This document shows positions 26,991-40,155 of a stretch of 64,000 nucleotides of DNA, in pieces. The DNA is from Octopus sinensis (lineage: Eukaryota). The stretch covers positions 3,782,001-3,846,000 of the forward strand of contig NC_043000.1 of the NCBI RefSeq assembly GCF_006345805.1, written 5' to 3'. How positions within the stretch are numbered: the first letter of the stretch is position 1; each line of letters begins with the position of its first letter. The position numbers were made by a program, and so were the translations under genes. A model generated the notes under the pieces. It made no database searches. It saw only the letters and a program-made list of their open reading frames with translations, and was not told the origin of the DNA.

Positions 26991-28260
26991 CAATAATTAT
27001 TTTTAAAAATATATTTAAATAGTGTGATCTTTGCAAAGAGAAAGCTTATTAAAACAGTATTGTTTTTACCAGTTCTATGTGTTACCATTTCAAGCTGTTC
27101 ATTGTTTGATAGACCAAGGAATTGTTACCTTGCTTGAAGGCGAAATGGCCCAGTGGTTAGGGCAGCGGACTCACGGTCATAGGACTCACGGTCATTTCGA
27201 TTCCCAGACCGGGCGTTGTGAGTGTTTATTGAGCGAAAACACCTAAAGCTCCACGAGGCTCCGGCAGGGGATGGTGGTGATCCCTGCTGTACTCTTTCAC
27301 CACAACTTTCTCTCACACTTACTTCCTGTTTCTGTTGTACCTGTATTTCAAAGGGCCGGCCTTGTCACTCTCTGTGTCACGCTGATTATCCCCGAGAACT
27401 ATGTTAAGGGTACACGTGTCTGTGGAGTGCTCAGCCACTTACACGTTAATTTCATGAGCAGGCTGTTCCGTTGATTCGGATCAACTAGAACCCTCGTCGT
27501 CGTAACCGACAGAGTGCTTCCATCCATCCACCTTGCTTGAAACAGATGAAGGTTGGTGTCAGAGAGAGTATCCTGCTCCAATATAGTCTCATCTGACTCA
27601 TTTAAGCATGAAAAAGTGTATGTTAACATGATTATAACCATGATGATGATGAGTAGGAGGAGGGAAAGGGACATGGGGAGGAGGAGGTAGTGGTGGTGGA
27701 GGAGGAGGAGGAGGAGAGGAGTATAATGATGACAACATTGATGACGACGATGAGTTCAAATTCCACTGAGGTCAACTTTGCCTTTTATTCTTTTGGGATC
27801 ATTGGGGGTTGATATAATTGATTAGTCCCTGCCCCACAAAAATTGCTGGCCTTGTGCCAAAATTTGAAGTTGATATATCAATCATGTTTTGTTCTTGAAG
27901 ATTGGGAAGGGGGTATGATGTTAGGTCATATGAGGTTGGGCTTCGCAGTATGATAATGCAGAAAAAAATGTGAAAAATGGAGTTCAGAATGGTTATGATC
28001 ATGATAATGGGTCCGTCCAACCCATGCTAGCATGGAAAGCGGACGTTAAACGATGATGATGATGATGATGATTGTTGTTGTTGTCGTTATTTAAACCTAG
28101 GTGAATGTAATCAAGAAGACTTATGACCAAAGGCACTCTAGCAATGACCGTTCCATTATTTTGTATATAAGAGATTGAATTGCCTGGTGTACTGAGGGAA
28201 ATTTAGCTGCTATCTCTAGTGAACTGAGCAACTGTACAGAAACGCCCTTGTTGGCCTACA

Positions 28261-28566
28261 GTGATGATGATGGTGGTGGTGGTGGTGGTGGTGGTGGTGG
28301 TGGTGATGGTGATGATGATGATGGTGGTGGTGGTGATGATGACGATGATGATGATGGTGGTGGTGGTGGTGGTGGTGGTGATGATGACGATGATAACGAT
28401 GATGATGGTGGTGGTGGTGGTGGTGATGATGACGATGATGATGATGATGGTGGTGGTGGTGGTGGTGATGATGGTGATGGTGATGGTGATGATGATGGTG
28501 GTGGTGATGGTGGTGATGGTGGTGATGGTGGTGATGGTGATGATGATGTTGATGATGTTGATGATA

Positions 28567-28599
<33 letters not shown>

Positions 28600-28612
28600 T
28601 TGATGAAAAGGA
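28261..28612. repeat. (GGT/GAT)n trinucleotide tract
   Basis: Directly visible. Confidence 0.95.
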
Positions 28613-28829
28613 AGAGTTCGGGGATGAGGACGATTCTTACAATTTGTCTTAGACATCTGCTATGTTGCAACTGGGAAAAGCTAGCTGTCTGTAAATAGCT
28701 TTACTTTTATTTCAGTTAATCCAGATTATGTTAGGAATAATCAGATAGACAGTTGAATGGAGTTTCGGTGAGCTAGTTATATTATCATGAATTGTGAGAT
28801 GTATGAATGTTTGTAAACACCAGCTTAAT

Positions 28830-29327
28830 AAGTAAGACATGATTTATTGGTAAACTGAAAGTATATAATCATTTGGCAGAGACTGGTGTCATTTTTGTGT
28901 TTCTACTCTAAAAATATTCCAATCAAACTGCCCTGGCCTACAGAACATAGGTCTGTGGTGAAGGCACATAAGTCCGTTTCTCTTACACTGACCACACAGG
29001 AAATTAATGGTTAGCAGATAATGGTAAACGCCCACAAAGTTATCAACCACCTCACCAACAACAACACCGAACACCTTTTTGATCTCCAAGTGTCTAACAC
29101 ACGTGGACATGCCTACAAAGTCAGAAAACAACACAGCTCCCATGACTTTCGGAAACATTTTTTCACGCTCAGAGTTGCTGAAGCATGGAATAAACTGCCT
29201 GCGTCAGTTGTTGACTGCCATGACACTGCATCCTTTAAGGCCCTCATGCTTTCCGAAATCCGCCGAAACTACACCTGATTATATATACACTTTAGATGAG
29301 TTGTAGTGCACCTGAGCACTGTACACA

Positions 29328-29360
<33 letters not shown>
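28830..29360 (+). mobile_element. CR1-type LINE 3' end with (ATT)n tail
   Basis: ORF 29021..29278 with TRGH-YK, FF-RV-AWN-LP motifs; ATT repeats at 29330-29360. Confidence 0.88.
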
Positions 29361-29927
29361 ATAGTGGGCTGTGTGGTAAGAAGTTTGCTTCCCAACCACA
29401 TGGTTTTGGGTTCAGTCCCACTGCATTGCACCTTGGGTTTCTTCTCCTATAGTAGGCTGACCAAAGCCTTGTGAGCAAATTTCATAAACGGAAACTGAAA
29501 GAAGCTCATTATATACATACATAGATACGAACATCTTTTATCTTTTAATTATTTCAGTCATTAGGCTGCAGCCATGCTGGAGCACTGCTTTGAATTTTTA
29601 ATCAAATGAATTGACCCCCAGTACTTCTATTTTAAGATTGGTACTTAGTCTGTTTGTCTCTTTTTACGGGGATGCAAACACACCAACACTGGTTGTCAAG
29701 AGGTGGGGGGGACAAACACAAATGCACACATACCTATATATATATACATACACACACATATATATATATGTCATCATCATCATTGTTTAACATCTGCTTT
29801 CCATGCTGGCATGGATGGAACGGTTTGACAGGAGCCAGCCAGACAGAAGCCTGCACCAGACTTCTATGACTGTTTTGGCAGGATTTTTACAGCTGGATGC
29901 CCATCCTAACACCAACCACCCAACAGA

Positions 29928-29973
<46 letters not shown>

Positions 29974-32137
29974 GACAGGCTTCTTTCAGTTTTGCCTACC
30001 AAATCCGCTCACAAAGTTTTGGTCAGGCCAAGTAGAAGACACTTGCCCAAGATTCCATGCAGTGGGACTGAACCTGGAACTATGTGATTGGGAAACAAGC
30101 TTCTTACCACACAGGCATGCCTGTACCAATGGTTACATACATATATACATATCATCATCATCATCATCATCATTTAGCATCCGTTTTCCATGCTAGCATG
30201 GGTTGGACGGTTTAACTGGGGTCTGTGAAGCCGGAAGGCTTCATCAGGCCCAGTCAAATCTGGCAGTGTTTCTACAGCTGGATGCCCTTCCTAACGCCAA
30301 CCACTCCGTGAGTGTAGTGGGTGCTTTTTACGTGCCACCTGCACAGGTGCCAGACAGAGCTGGCAAACGGCCACGAACGGATGGTGTTTTTACGTGCCAC
30401 CGGCACGGGGGCCAGGCGAAGCTGGCAACGGACACGAATGGATGGTGCTTTTAATATTAGGTTTTAGAAGTAGTAGTAGTACGATGTACCTCAGTTCATG
30501 TTCAACTATTTTATTAATAAAATTATTCATTTCATGAGCAAGTATGTTCTGCATGCCAACTAGTTTTCAAAATTTTAGATATTAATGAAACGTGACAACT
30601 GTTTGGCATTTTAAACCTTTTGCTTTCAGATAACTTTGTCAAATGTAATGCTTATTTATTCACACTGCTTTTAATTAATCATGCATTATGTTGTAACTTT
30701 GAGGTTTCAATGATGTGATTGTTTATTTTTTGAACGACATTGTAAGTAATGTGTGAGAAGCCAGTTCTAATCGATTTTACTATAAAGCAGGTGGAATATT
30801 TTGGCTGGATATGGCTGGTTAAATGCTAAAATGTTAAAACCCCATCAAGACTCTTGGTGACCCCAGGTCTGCATAACAAGATTGCCACTCAGATAGTATG
30901 GGTCCTTAGTTCAAATAGGGTCACCAAGGAGTTCTTTTTATGTGTACTTCTAAATGCCTAATATTGTTTCAAATATTTCGAAGCTGGCAACGGACACGAA
31001 TGGATGGTGCTTTTACGTGCTACCGGTACGGGGCCAGGCAAGTCTGGCATATATATATATATACACACCCTTACATACATACCAACAAATATATACATAT
31101 ATATATGTATGTAAGGTTGAGTGTGTGTGTATGTGTATGTTTTAATGTCTCCTTGTCTTGACTTTGCAAAGTGTCTTGCAAGCGTTGTCCTTTGTTTCCA
31201 ATCTTCCATGGAAACATACCTGGTCATGGGGAAATATGGATGAATGTTTGTATGTGTGTTGGTGACCATCTAAATGAGATATGTTTGTTTTTTTCTCTCT
31301 ATTTTTCTCTCTTCCTTCTTTTCATTGAAGAGCATATGCTTGAAACATTAGACCTCTTCCAATTCTCCTGAGTGTCAACATAATACACTCTGTTTATTTT
31401 TTTTACCTTGTTTTACATTATTTTTGTACAATATATATGTATATCATGTGAAGGCATGTGGCCTAGTGAATGAAAGAAGAATGAAAGGCAAAGTTGACTT
31501 CAGCAGTATTTGAACTCAGAATGTAAAGAGTCAGGAGAAATACTGTTAATCATTTCGTCTTAGGTGTTAATGATTCTGCCAGCTTGCCTCCTTAGTTTCT
31601 AAATGCATGTCAACAGCAACTCTGTCTTGATAAAACAAAGTTCAGGTTCCTAACATGGGTTCAGTGCCTCATCATCATCATCATCATCATCATTTAACGT
31701 CCGTTTTCCATGCTAGCATGGGTTGGACGGTTTGACTGGGGTCTGGTAAGCCATGGAGGCTGCACCAGGCTCTAGTCTAATTTGGCAGTGTTTCTACAGC
31801 TGGATGCCCTTCCTAATGCCAACCACTCCGTGAGTGTAGTGGGTATTTTTTACGTGCCACCGGCACAGGGGCCAGAGCAGGCTGGCAAACGGCCACGATC
31901 GGTTGGTGCTTTTACATGTCATCGACACGGACGCCAGTCAGGCGGCGCTAGTATCTGCCACATTTGGACAGTGCTTTTTACGTGTCACCAGTACGGGTGT
32001 CTTCCCAGTTCTGTATATGCTGCTTGAAATTGTCTTTATAACTTCAGCCATTGTACTCTTTTATCAAGGCTGTAACAACCAAAGTGTTCCAGAGTTTGCT
32101 ATCCAGGAGAATTTACAAAAATATTCCTCAAGATAAA

Positions 32138-33348
32138 TAACCTAATTCTGAAACTCGAACTTTTAAGAATGCCTGCAATCATTACATTTCTACTCTTTAG
32201 AAAGATTGGAACTCTAAGCCATTATGTATATCAAATATCAAACATTCTGGTGATGCTTACTTAATTTTGGCATACAGGGAAAACAAACAGGAGAATTAAG
32301 TGTTATTCTCAGATTTCAAAAATTAGCTTTTCACACTTTCACATCAGCAATTTATATACCATAAAATTTTAGAATTTCAAGGCTCAGAATTAAAAAGAAA
32401 TTTGATAAGAAGTTCTAAGGCTTAGCAAAAAAGCCTTCTTATTGTTCTTTCCATTGTTCATCCCAAACAAAATTTATGCGCTGTGGCCGCATCTGACTCA
32501 GCCGCTGGCAGCTCGGCCACCAACCGTGACTGTGATGTGGGATGACATCAGCAGCTGGGGAGCTGACCAGAACTTGGGGCTGACCGGAAGAGGAAGGGTG
32601 CAGGAGTGGCGCACATGCAGGCAGGAGAGCAGTGGGCCTTTTTGATTGGAGTAGCCAACAGGGCTGGACGTGTGAGCACTTCGACAAGGTAAAGGAAAAG
32701 CAGCTGCTATTCTTAGCATTCAGGTCGGGCCATGTGGAAGGATGTTTTATCGCCAATGAGGTCTGCATCGACGAAGAGAAGGTAGGTGTCTTCACTTCAA
32801 ATCTGCCGCATATACCACAGTAAGTAACCTAAATCTGAAACTCAAACTTTTAAGAATGCCTGCAATCATTACATTTCTACTCTTTAGAAAGATTGGAACT
32901 CTAAGCCATTATGTATATCAAATATCAAACATTCTGGTGATGCTTACTTAATTTTGGCATACAGGGAAAACAAACAGGAGAATTAAGTGTTATTCTCAGA
33001 TTTCAAAGATTAGCTTTTCACACTTTCACATCAGCAATTTATATACCATAAAATTTTAGAATTTCAAGGCTCAGAATTAAAAAGAAATTTGATAAGAAGT
33101 TCTAAGGCTTAGAAAAAAAGCCTTCTTATTGTTTGTAAGCCATTTAAGAAACACACGAAAGCCGTTCGATTCACTTCAACATTTAAGTTTAATTTTTTGA
33201 AATATTTTCATCGCTAAAATCCGCGACCTGTTCACTGACAAAAATCCGTGCTGCATCTCATTCCAGCACACGATCTCAGATCAAATCACTTGCTATGCGA
33301 GTACATCTCCGTAACTTCTTATTGTTCTTTCCATTGTTCATCCCAAAC
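32138..33348. repeat. 331-bp direct repeat (32138-32468 / 32825-33348) flanking a 356-bp unique insert
   Basis: About 4 substitutions between copies; the second copy carries a 181-bp insertion with a 12-bp TSD. Confidence 0.9.
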
Positions 33349-33831
33349 CAACTTTTTAAACAAGGGCAGAATGGCTACCACTGATCCCACAATTAACCAT
33401 TACGAAACATAGCAGATCAGACTCCAATACATAACAGAGATAAGTGGCATAGCTAATAGCAGAGCAAGGAGAGATTCTGCTCCCACCAAACACATTTTTC
33501 AAAATTGGTGCCTTTACAAGATAAAAAAAAGTATTTAGTTCACTTGTGCAATAAAAATCAAATCTCTTTTATTTAGTTAAAAGTGCAGGAGTGACTGTGT
33601 GGTAAGCAACTTGCTTACCAACCACATGGTTCCAGGTTCAGTCCCACAGTGTGGTACCTTGGGCAAGTGTCTTCTATTATAGCCTCGGACCGACCAAAGC
33701 CTTGTGAGTGGATTTGGTAGACAGAAACTGAAAGAAGCCTGTCGTATATATGTATATATATATATTTATTTTTGTTTTTTATTTCATCTAGTTTCAGCTC
33801 ACAAGCTGTGGCCATGCTGGGGCACCATATA

Positions 33832-33862
<31 letters not shown>

Positions 33863-35421
33863 GTGTGTATGTGTGTGTGTGTTTGTCCCCCTACATCGCT
33901 TGACAGCCGATGCTGGTGTGTTTACGTCCCCGTAACTTAGCGGTTCGGCAAAAGAGGCCAATAGAATAAGTACTAGGCTTACAAAGAATAAGTTAAGTCC
34001 TGGGGGCGATTTTTCGACTAAAGGTGGTGCTCCAGCATGGCCGCAGTAAAATGATTGAAACAAGTAAAAGAGTAAATTGTATGGCCTAGAGAGAACTTTC
34101 TGGAATCATTACTTTATTTGACCAGCATTCTATATTTTTGAACTGTCTGCTCAATCTCTTGTGATGTGCTTCATGGTTGCTGACATCTGAAGAATCAAAA
34201 CAAACCCTGACTTCATAAACTAACGACACTGGACGATCCCGTGCAGTTTCATCTTTTTCGTGTCCCGTCTATATCTCCTCATCGGTTGTAAGTTTCATAC
34301 ATAACGACATTGTTACTGAAACATGAAATTAATGAATATAGAATACAATTACGTATATCATAGCTAATGAAATATTTCACATAGTATAAGAGAAATAAGA
34401 TATATATATATATGTATATATAAAAAAATACAAACTTGGACAAGAACGCAAAACATTTAGAAGACGATACAAAAAACATGGACAGGACATTCGAAGCCTT
34501 CAATCTTCAGTCAAGAACCGGATCATCCTCGCAATTTCGGCTGATTAATCTTGAGATTGCTCCGACCTGGCTAGCCCCAAAGGAAAATCTAAGCCAAGCG
34601 CATTAGATTCCTTGGAGGAAAGCCTCAAATGTATACAAAACAAGGACGGGAAAACGGACGATGTTACACAAATAAGAATACAAAAATACGTAAAAACAAT
34701 AATGATAATAATAATAACAAAAACAGGACGTCACAGACATTTTGCTCGTATATATATATATATATATATACATGAGCAAAACGCTCTCTGTCCAATGGAT
34801 GGTGTTGAGTTGTCAAACATTTAAACCAAATTTTCTCAAAACAACTTGTCTGACCATCCCATAGGCCTCCCCTTTGAGAAACACTGATTTAGCCTAAATT
34901 TGAGACACCAGCAAAAGAAGAAATAAAGATAGACTTTTTACTATTCCAAAGAAAAATGATTTTATTGCGCGTACAAATGCACGTTCCCACGACTTTATCG
35001 ATCGTATTCTCACCTGGAATCGATTTTTGTAATTTTTTCAAGACTTATACACTCCCTGATACTGTCGGTATTTACATATCAAATTTGAGCACCATCGGAT
35101 GGAGGATGCCTGAGATCCTAGAAGACACACACACACACACTCCTCCTAACTTTAGACCCTGGCGACACCTCTGAACAGAGACTACACAAAAACAAAACTG
35201 TTGATAGTACTCTGGCATGATGTTAACACCTCCTCAACCACGTCATTGTCACCACTATCACCAACGCCATCATTTTAATAGTTACTTTCCCATGGGTCAG
35301 ATGGATTTCATTGAGGCAAATTTTCTCCAAGCAGGTGCCCGTCCTGTCACTAAACTTCCACCTGTTTCCGAGCAAGATAATATTTTCTCATGGGTGAACA
35401 TCTCTGCATGAAAGAATGGGA

Positions 35422-35838
35422 GGATCATTTCGGTTTGAACGGCAGTTTTTTAAAATACTTTCCATGTAACTAAACACTTTTAAACTTCGTATACTGGTAG
35501 AATGTGTTTATAGAACATCTTTTTTTCTTGGCTTTATTGAGGAAATTCTATAGTTTGTGAGATATTTGTTGTTTTTTTCCTTCAATTTCTGCAATTTCAA
35601 CCAATCAATGATGTCTTTTGAGGTGAAAACATTCTGTACCGCATGAATATGTCCCTCGTTTAAGAAACAGATTGGGTTTATTTACATTTCTGAAGAAAAA
35701 AATATACCCTTCTCCCCACCCCTAACCCTAACCCTAAAACAGATTGAAATGCAATAGATCGATAATAGGGTCATAATTATGGGTGACAATTTCATATGAC
35801 ACCACTAGAAAAAACTGCCGTTCAAACCGAAAAGATCC
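35422..35838. mobile_element. Second copy of the Merlin-like MITE
   Basis: Same TIRs and interior as 3725-4138; different 8-bp TSD GAATGGGA at 35414-35421 and 35839-35846. Confidence 0.85.
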
Positions 35839-36252
35839 GAATGGGAATAAAGCACACAGCGCGCATGTTGGTGACATTTGATGATTGGGTTATATCACTA
35901 TTATACAATGTCGAGATAAGGGGACAATGCACTCATTGACACACCCACACAATGTGCTTCTTTCAGTTTCTGTCTACCAAACCTGATCACAAAGCTATGA
36001 TTAGCCTGGAGATGTGATTGGTAAACAAACTTCTTAACTACACAATTATGCTTGAGCCTATGATGGCAAAAACAAACTTGTGTAGTTATTTGTCACTTGT
36101 TATAACACTACCACCTTGGTGCCTTTAAGAAAGTCTCCACGGCTACAAGCATTTAGGGTAAATTTCTATTATCTCTCATTATCTTTCCTGATGAAACGAT
36201 AAAAAAGAAATTTAAGAAATGAAGACCCTAGTTGTCACAGTTATCTCCCCTA

Positions 36253-36644
36253 TCTTTATATATAAAAGTGAAGTTGTGTGTCTGTCTACTCCGATTTAGA
36301 TTCCTAACTACTCCCACATTTTGCGGTGCAGTTCAACCAAAACCGGGTATCTTATAGTCGTGATTCATATCGAGCCCTTCTGGGTATTAGCGCGCGTCTA
36401 CGATGAGTCTACGATTTTAAAAATAATTTACCATCATTTTTTTCATTTTAATGCATATTTTTTAAATATAAGGGAAGTAACTCTCTAAAAATGTCTACGA
36501 TGGGTCAACGATTTAAAAAAAATTTACCATCATATTTTTTCCATTTTTAATGCATTTTTTGCTATTTTTTGGCTATAACTCTCTAAAAATGCTTATATAG
36601 TTATTTCCCTTACAAACCCGAGCAACGCCGGGCGATACTGCTAG
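36253..36644 (+). mobile_element. Non-autonomous Helitron
   Basis: A|TC 5' start; subterminal CCCG...CGGG hairpin; CTAG|T 3' end. Confidence 0.8.
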
Positions 36645-39551
36645 TAATTAATAAAACATCAACTATGAGCTTCAAATGTTAGCACAATGCCAGCAATTTC
36701 AGGAGTGTGTGTGTGTGGATAAATCGATTACATCGATTCCAGGGGTACTTATTTTATCGATCTCAAAGAAAGAGAGAACGCTTGGTTACGGAGACGAAAA
36801 CAAACCAGCACTGATTGTCAAGCTGTGATGGGAGAAAATACAACACACGTTCACTTGTATATAGATACATACATGTATAAGAAGGGCTTCTTTCACTTCC
36901 CGTCGACCAAATCCACTCATAAAGCTTTGGTCGGTCCGGGGCTATAGCAGAAGACACTTACCCGAGGTGCCGGACAGTGGAATTGAACCCAAGTCTTTGG
37001 GTTTCAAATTTTGGCGCAAGGCCAGCAATTTCAGGAGGGGATGTGTGGATAAATAGATTGCATCGATTCCAGGGGTACTTATTTTATCGATCTCGAAGAA
37101 ATGACATGCAAAGTCGACGCCGGTTGAATTTGAACTCAGAACATAAAGACGGACGAAACGTCACTAAGCCTTTTGCCCTGCGTGCTAACCATTCTGCCAG
37201 CTCGCCGCCTTAAAGACATCAGCTTTCTTGAGGTATTGGGCTGCAGTCTCAGTCCTTATTTTGTTGTAAATCTGGTCATTAGTATATTGATTCATTTTGA
37301 CTGACCGCTAAGTTACGAGGACGTAAAGAAACCAGCACACGCTGTCAAGCTGTTGTCAATTTGTTGACGAGCTGTGGACTAACAGTAACACACACACACA
37401 CACTCACACACACACACACACACACCTTTTATCTTTCATTTGTTTCAGTCATCTGACTGCGGCCATGCGGGAGCACCGTCTTGAAGGGTTTTAGTCGAAC
37501 TAATCGACCCTAGGACTAATTTTTAAAAAACTTAGTACTTACTCTATTGGTCTCTTTTGCCGAACTGCTAAGATATGGGGACGTAAACACACCAATACTG
37601 GTTGTCAAGCGGTGGTGGGGAACAGACACAAAGAGACACACACACACACACACGGGCTTCTTTCAGTTTCCGCCTCAACGGGCCTTGGTCGTACCCGGAT
37701 TTATTATAGAAAACAACCTGCCCAAGATGCCAAGCAGTGGGACTGAACCCGGAACGATGTGGTTGAGAAGCAAACTTCTTACCGCAGTCCACAATGTACT
37801 AGACCCATTGTTATTAAACCTCATTACTTTATGAGAGACAAATGTTTAAACAACTCTATGAGTAATATTAGTCATTATAACGGTAAATGCAAATGTATGA
37901 ACTGTAAACGTATAATAGAAGTACACCTTTCCGAAAATCACACTTCAAACTAGTGCAAGAAAAATCAATAATCACTACTCAACAGATGTCACCAAATCAT
38001 ACGTGTAACTGGAAGAATAGACACAATGTCCTCCCCACCACTTTTATTTTCGTCTCTTAAATACTCGAAGCTGCTTTCATTTTAATTATGTTCCTCTTTG
38101 ACTATTTATATTAATTTTGTTTGCCCTTTAGGTTTAATCTTTTATCTTTTACTTCTTGCAGTCGTTGGCCTGCGGCAATGCTGGGGCACTACCTTGAAGG
38201 GTTAGTCGAACAAATCGACGGGGAACCTAATTTTGTAATTTTTTCTGTTGAGAACGTTAGGTTACGGAGACGAAAACAAACCAGTACCGGTTGTCAAACT
38301 GTGATGGAAGAAAGCACAACACACGTTCACTTGTATATACATACGTATATGTATAAGAAGGGCTTCGTTCATTTTCCGTCGACCAAATTCACTCATAAAG
38401 CTTTGGTTGGTCCGGGGCTATAGCAGAAGACATTTACCCGAGGTGCTGGGCAGTGGAATTGAACCCAAGACATCGTGGTTGGGAAGCAAGCTTCTCAACC
38501 ACACACCCACAAGCGGCTTTATTTAAATAATTTCATCTTCCAAGTTTTATTTTTATTATGATTTTAAAATCTATGTTTCACACTATTCTCAAATTTTACT
38601 CTATATTTTAAGTACTTCAACAGATCTAGCCAAACAGATAGGGGAGGGGGGAGCACTCCGTCGGTTACGACGATGAGAGTCCCAGCTGATCCGATCAATG
38701 GAACAGCCTGCTCGTGGAATTAACGTGCAAGTGGCTGAGCACTCCACAGACACGTGTACCCTTAACGTAGTTCTCGAGGAGATTCAGCGTGACACAGAGT
38801 GTGACAAGGCCGGCCCTTTGAAATACAGGTACAACAGAAACAGGAAGAAAGAGTGAGAGAAAGTTGGGGTGAAAGAGTACAGCAGGGTTCACCACCACCC
38901 CCTGCAGGAGCCTCGTGAAGCTTTAGGTGTTTTCGCTCAATAAACACTCACAATGCCTGGTCTGAGAATCGAAACCACGATCCTACGACCGCGAGTCCGC
39001 TGCCCTAACCACTGGGCCATTGCGCCTCTACTGCCAAACAGATAAGATCCATTTTGACTATAGGCTAAACTTTTTTCATATTTTTAAACAGAATGTTCTG
39101 GAAAACAGCTTACTTTAAAACACCAAACAAAAAAACCAACAATAACTCTTTATTGTTTAACTTTAACTCCAAACTATAAAGTTTCAGAATGTTACAGTTG
39201 GCTGCATCCTGTCAATCACCACTACCTAACTTCATCTACCTCAAAGCATAGCATTTTCTTTTATAATCAACTAAAACATTTATCCTTCTACCTTTGTATA
39301 AAGGAGTGTGGTATTGGGCAAGGCCCATAACTCTGCATTTTTGCCAGGAAAAAATAAAATTAAAAATGCATCTTCACTTTTTTTCCATTTCTAGGTGGCG
39401 CGCTGGCAGAAACGTTAGCACTCCGAGCGAAATGCTTAGCCGTATTTCGTCTGCCGCTACGTTCTGAGTTCAAATTCCGCCGAGGTCGACTTTGCCTTTC
39501 ATCCTTGGTAGACGGAAACTGAAAGAAGCCTGTCGTATATATGTATATGTA

Positions 39552-39603
<52 letters not shown>

Positions 39604-39832
39604 TGTGTGTTTGTCCCCCTAGCATTGCTTGACAACCGATGCTGGTGTGTTTATGTCCCCGTTACTTAGCGGTTTGGCAAAAGATAGAATAAGTACTGGG
39701 CTTACAAATGAATAAGTGCCGGGGTCGAGTTGCTCAATTAAAAAAAAAAGGCGGTGCTCCAGCATGGCCGCAGTCAAATGACTGAAACAACTAAAAGAGT
39801 AAAGAGTATACACACACTCACATGCACATACA

Positions 39833-40075
39833 TTGGGTTGTTGGATAAATTCATTTGTTTCCACTTTTTTTCTATTGTAATCCTTTCCAATGTTTATTTG
39901 AATTTACATGGAAAATATTTCATTGAAATGTTTTAATTTCTTGTAGTTCTGTTCTTCCTCCAACAATTTTTGTTCATAGTGTTTGAAATTTTAATAAATT
40001 TTGCCTCGTTTCAGACATCCAGCGATGGAATGCCTTGTAGGAAAAAAAATGAACAAATTTATCTAACAACCCTAA
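39833..40075. mobile_element. Decayed mariner-like MITE
   Basis: Imperfect about 30-bp inverted termini (ATTGGGTTGTTGGATAAATT... / ...AATTTATCTAACAACCCTAAT). Confidence 0.45.
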
Positions 40076-40102
40076 TATATGTGTGTATATATATATGTAT
40101 AT

Positions 40103-40155
40103 GAGCTTCCTGATGATTTCATTTGAATGAAACAGTTCTAGTCCTGTAGAAGCTC
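40103..40155 (+). ncRNA. Type I hammerhead ribozyme motif
   Basis: GAGCTTC-CTGATGA(40110-16)-t TTC attt GAA t-GAAA(40129-32)-CAG ttctagtc CTG-TA(40147-48)-GAAGCTC. Perfect 7-bp stem I; U.U mismatch at the base of stem II. Confidence 0.75.

Noticed and set aside
27136-27215. tRNA-like sequences at SINE heads (also 46731, 48884, 59607)
   Set aside because: A/B boxes are present but run into SINE bodies, and no complete cloverleaf is supported.
28203-28698. Poly-His/Gly-Asp/Met-Val ORFs
   Set aside because: Pure (GGT/GAT)n microsatellite.
34196-34620. Hammerhead-like words on the minus strand (CCGATGA...GAAA; CTGAAGA at 34510-34504)
   Set aside because: Stems I-III cannot be paired in register, and the second has GAAT instead of GAAA.
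37205-37295. Minus-strand MNQYTNDQIYNKIRTETAAQYLKKADVFK with good start context
   Set aside because: Sandwiched between SINE fragments with no canonical donor and no recognisable homology.
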